DNA of 64,000 bases from Podarcis tiliguerta (lineage: Eukaryota): the NCBI GenBank assembly GCA_965153285.1, contig OZ229117.1; one strand, 5' to 3'. Every line of letters begins with the position of its first letter. The first letter of the stretch is position 1. Position numbers and translations under genes: made by a program. Positions 61,379 to 64,000 of this stretch are shown here, piece by piece. A model generated the notes under the pieces. The model was not told the DNA's origin. It searched no databases and saw only the letters and a program-made list of their open reading frames with translations.

Positions 61379-63003
61379 TATTTATTGTCATTGCCCCCTT
61401 CAGGGACAACGAAATTACTTGGCTGCTCCATAAAAACACTAATTAAACAATATAGTAAAATACAGCAAGGGAGATTAGATGACTTTCAAAGTCCGGGCTT
61501 CCCATTCAGGGCTGAGATCGCTCTGGAGAAGAAGCTGTTCTTAAGACGGCTCATTCTTGTCTTCATCGTCCTGTATCTCCGTCCCGACGGCAAGAGCTCG
61601 AAGAGACAGTGACCAGGATGCGATGGATCTTTTACTATGTCCAGTGCCTTCCTATGGCACCTTGTGGCATAAATCTGCTCTAAGGTGGAGAGTGGGCAGC
61701 CAACAATGCTCTCTGCTGCCTTAACAACCCTGCACAACCCCATCCTGTCCTGGGTAGTACAGCTTCCGTACCAAACACATAAGCCATAAGTGAGCACACA
61801 TGGTGATGGGGATGATGGGAGCCAGAGTCCAAAACATCTAGAGGGCAAGAGGCTGGCAAAGGTATGATGCTTTTGCTCCCAGCTAAATTAAAAACCATCC
61901 TCCTCCTTCCACTGCCCCCCTGGGAGTCCTGCCCCATCATGTGATTTCACAACAAGGAAAAGTAGGTCACCCAAAGCTCAGCTCACCCAAAGTGCTGGAC
62001 GACACTGGGCAGCATGGCAGCTAACTGGTCCATGGAAGGATACTGGTACCTGTGAAGACAAAACAGGAGAGCCAGGACACAATGTTGATGTCTTCTCCTA
62101 GCATGATGGAGGAGATCTGAGGGAAAGACCGATTGGGGACTAGGGAAGCACCCCTCTTTTTGCTCTTCTCCTTTGGAGAAGTCCCCATCCTCTGAGCCAG
62201 TCCTGGACCTCTCCTTCCTCCCCCAATCAGTGGGGGTGTGGGGCTGGCCTGATTCAGCATCTGAGCTATTGGTTGCCCATGCCATTTACCCTTAGAGAAG
62301 GTCCAGCTGTGTTTGCCTTGAACCAGGACCAGCTCACATGACCAGCATGACTGATACCCAGACCCATGACAGTTATTCCTCCCAGGAAGAGTTGATATTA
62401 GCATGCAATGAGGTCATCATCAATCACAAGTTTCACATCCTCACTAGGTTGCCAAGTTACAACCATCACCACAGCATGACCCACAAGGGAGTGTTTGAGG
62501 GACTCCGTTTAAGGCAGGGATGGAGCTTTTCCAGATGGGGTTCAAGTACAATGCTCATCGGCTCCAGCCCACCTGGCTGACTGCTGGAGATGATGGAAGC
62601 TGAGGTCCGACAACACCTAGAGGGCTACATGTTCCTCATCCCTGATGGGAAACCTGGCCAGGTGTGTCCAGCTGTGCTGGAAGACAGGTGTAGCAATGAT
62701 GATCAAGCAATCCCATAACACAGCAAGAACAGAGTGTGTCCTAGACCTTTCAGACTACAACTCCTATCAGCCCCAGCCAGCTTGGCTGTATGATGCTGGT
62801 GGATAATGGGAGTTGTAGTTGTAATCCAAAATGCCTGGAGGGGTGCCAGTTTGGGAGAGGCTGCTCCATGGGAGGCACCTACCCCTGAGGGAACTGTGAG
62901 GCCCCCGCCTGCTGCCCAGGAGCATCCACATGGCAGACCACAAAGTGCTTGGTGATCTCTTGCATATCCTCAAAGTTGAAGAAAGTGTTGAAGCAAAGCT
63001 TGT
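48999..63003 (-). CDS. NDRG4: Protein NDRG4 (alpha/beta-hydrolase-fold NDRG family), 5'-partial, 13 coding exons in window
   Basis: Exons join in frame. NDRG4-type peptides [32 protein letters not shown] and [16 protein letters not shown]-terminal HTMEVSC*. Syntenic with SETD6/CNOT1. Confidence 0.96.
49370..49600 (-). mobile_element. CR1-type 3' end fragment
   Basis: AAGAGCTTGCTGGATCA...GGCCCATCTAGTCCAGCATTCTG, reverse complement of the 6570-6800 family. Confidence 0.6.
51239..51277 (-). CDS. NDRG4: NDRG4 39-nt cassette exon ([13 protein letters not shown])
   Basis: tcttag|TT ... G|gtatcc; symmetric phase 1-1; matches the known NDRG4 13-aa alternative insert. Confidence 0.9.
52148..52257 (+). 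mobile_element. Sauria SINE/BovB-type 3' fragment nested in an older MITE (about 52050-52440)
   Basis: ...ACCCTAGAGTCTGTCAAGACTGGCCCGTACGGGCAGGGGTACCTTTACCTTTACCTT tail. Confidence 0.7.
52918..52969 (-). CDS. NDRG4: NDRG4 exon ([17 protein letters not shown])
   Basis: gaacag|CCT ... A|gtaagt. Confidence 0.95.
53499..53534 (-). CDS. NDRG4: NDRG4 exon ([12 protein letters not shown])
   Basis: acccag|ATG ... CAG|gtgagt. Confidence 0.94.
53700..53944. mobile_element. Tc1/mariner (Tigger/pogo-like) MITE
   Basis: TIRs CAGTGGAACCTCGGGTTA / TAACCCGAGGTATCACTG, TA TSD, internal TAACCTGAAGC repeats. Confidence 0.85.
54801..54848 (-). CDS. NDRG4: NDRG4 exon ([16 protein letters not shown])
   Basis: tgttag|GTT ... 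AAG|gtgaga. Confidence 0.94.
55262..55540 (+). mobile_element. tRNA-derived SINE (Squam3/MIR-like) with duplicated tail
   Basis: A/B-box-like head (GGATTCAAATCCC), CORE-like CCTCACAGGGTTGTTGTGAGGAT, and GTGGGATRTAAATGCAAT present twice. Confidence 0.75.
55970..56021 (-). CDS. NDRG4: NDRG4 exon ([17 protein letters not shown])
   Basis: ttgcag|C ... GTG|gtgagt. Confidence 0.94.
56116..56172 (-). CDS. NDRG4: NDRG4 exon ([18 protein letters not shown])
   Basis: tctcag|T ... CG|gtaagg. Confidence 0.94.
56276..56473. mobile_element. GC-rich hAT-type MITE
   Basis: TIRs CAGAGGTGGAGC / GCTCCGCCTCTG; degenerate 8-bp TSD atcatacc / atcacact. Confidence 0.7.
56796..56899 (-). CDS. NDRG4: NDRG4 exon ([16 protein letters not shown]...FWNMYN)
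   Basis: ccacag|GAA ... AG|gtaggg. Confidence 0.95.
57143..57348. repeat. About 205-bp imperfect palindrome (foldback MITE)
   Basis: CTTTAAAGCACC...ACACTTTCCCTGCA...GCTGAATC is mirrored by GATTCAGC...TGCAGGGAAAGTGT...GGTGCTTTAAAG. Confidence 0.75.
58167..58223 (-). CDS. NDRG4: NDRG4 exon ([19 protein letters not shown])
   Basis: tttcag|CTC ... CAG|gtaaga. Confidence 0.94.
60185..60271 (-). CDS. NDRG4: NDRG4 exon ([29 protein letters not shown])
   Basis: atttag|CTG ... AAG|gtgaga. Confidence 0.95.
60431..60569. mobile_element. Near-perfect palindromic hAT-type MITE
   Basis: AGCCTTCCCCAACCTGGTGCCCTCCAGATG.../...CATTTGGAGGGCACCAAGTCAAGGAAGGCTG. Confidence 0.8.
60915..60975 (-). CDS. NDRG4: NDRG4 exon ([20 protein letters not shown])
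   Basis: ccgcag|G ... GCT|gtaagt. Confidence 0.95.
61316..61800 (-). mobile_element. 5'-truncated Rex1/Babar-type non-LTR retrotransposon with (TAT)n tail
   Basis: Open reading [55 protein letters not shown] (RT C-terminal region), then AATAAA and about 21 TAT repeats. Confidence 0.8.
61987..62049 (-). CDS. NDRG4: NDRG4 exon ([20 protein letters not shown])
   Basis: tcacag|G ... GG|gtgagc. Confidence 0.94.
62883..63003 (-). CDS. NDRG4: NDRG4 exon ([20 protein letters not shown]...SQFPQ)
   Basis: ttgcag|AC ... GG|gtaggt. Confidence 0.94.
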
Positions 63004-63139
63004 CTGCAAGGGAGCAAAGTGGGGGCGGGAAGAGAGACAGAGTCAAAGTCAACAGGACTCAGGACAAAAAAAAGGTTGCAAAGCTTGAGGAACAAAGAAG
63101 CATGTCCTTGGAAATAAATTCTGAGCGCTGGTTGCCCTG

Positions 63140-63385
63140 CCCTTTATTTTATTTTATTATTGTATTTATAGCATTTATAAACCATTGTTTCCTCCAGGGA
63201 GCTCAAGGTGGTGTGCATGGTTCTCACCTTCCTATTCTGTCCTCACAACAACCCTGTGAGGTAGGCTAAGCTGAGAGGCAGTGACTGGCCCAAGGTCACC
63301 CAGTGGGCTTCAGGGCTGAGTGTGGATTCAAACTCCATTCTGCCAGGTCACAGTCTAACACTCTAACCATGAACACCACACTGGC
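63140..63385 (-). mobile_element. tRNA-derived SINE (Squam3/MIR-like)
   Basis: Reverse complement of the 55262-55540 family (CCTCACAACAACCCTGTGAGGTAGG...CAGTGACTGGCCCAAGGTCACC). Confidence 0.75.
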
Positions 63386-64000
63386 TCTCCTGTGTGACCT
63401 GTTGGTGCCCTAATGTCAGCCAGATGTGGGGAGGAAGAAATATTCCTTTCAAGCTGTTTCTGCACCAGTATAACTGTCTAGTGCTGGGAAACCATCATCC
63501 CTGGCCTTCAGGGGCCCCAGTTGTCCAACTAACAAGTAACCTGTGAAATTGCTAGGTGCTTAAAGGGGTCGGATCATGACACAATTTTGTATTTGTTCAT
63601 TGTTATGTATAAATGTAGATTGAATTGGTAGGTGGTTAACTGCACTGGCACCCTCTGAAGAGACACCTCTGCCACCAGACTCCAAGGGGTGGATGACGCA
63701 GGTGGCTTTGAGGGGTCAGGGGAACCCCAAGGAGACTAAAAGGCAGTCCCCAGAGCCTGAAACAGTGGTTCCCACACTTTTCTGGCCACTGTCTCCTTGG
63801 TTCCATAAACTCATCCTCAATGCCCCAACCCTACCCTATCCTACACTATAAAAAGCATTATTCGGATTAGCAGTTTGCATGACCCACTAAGGAAGATAGT
63901 AAGAGAATAAATTTGAAAAAAGCCACAATGAATCACACATTTATTCAACAATCCAATTAAGATTACTTAGTTTAGTTGAGTCAATAAAATTTATGAACTT

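Noticed and set aside
61169-61612. 147-aa ORF with poly-Ile
   Set aside because: Artefact of the (ATA)n microsatellite tail and the antisense strand of the LINE fragment
1-64000. CRISPR arrays, prokaryotic operons, tRNA or rRNA genes
   Set aside because: Eukaryotic intron-exon DNA. The recurring repeats are dispersed TEs rather than regularly spaced arrays, and the tRNA-like boxes belong to SINE heads.

Overview
Vertebrate genomic DNA, most likely from a squamate and probably a lacertid lizard, judged from the Sauria/POM-type SINEs and other repeats. It holds the conserved CNOT1-SETD6-NDRG4 block. CNOT1 (+) is present as its last 32 coding exons, 442-30371 (1666 aa in frame, 5' part outside the window). 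SETD6 (-) is complete, 42538-32636 (9 coding exons, 454 aa), convergent with CNOT1 and behind a CpG island. NDRG4 (-) is present as its last 13 coding exons, 63003-48999, with a 3'UTR of about 3.8 kb. Introns and UTRs carry many squamate repeats: SINEs, L2/CR1/Rex1/Penelope fragments, hAT- and Tc1/mariner-type MITEs and palindromic foldbacks. Nearly all other entries in the ORF track are spurious. I see no evidence for a new multi-gene system. The most interesting unexplained signal is RNA-processing architecture. CNOT1 has tandem donors, a NAGNAG acceptor, a GC-AG intron, a stop-first acceptor with an intronic AATAAA, a candidate poison exon and a candidate in-frame 96-nt cassette. SETD6 has a GC-AG intron. 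NDRG4 has a PTB/RBFOX-like 39-nt cassette with a possible competing truncating terminal exon. Comparisons with human come from memory of the orthologues and were not run as searches.
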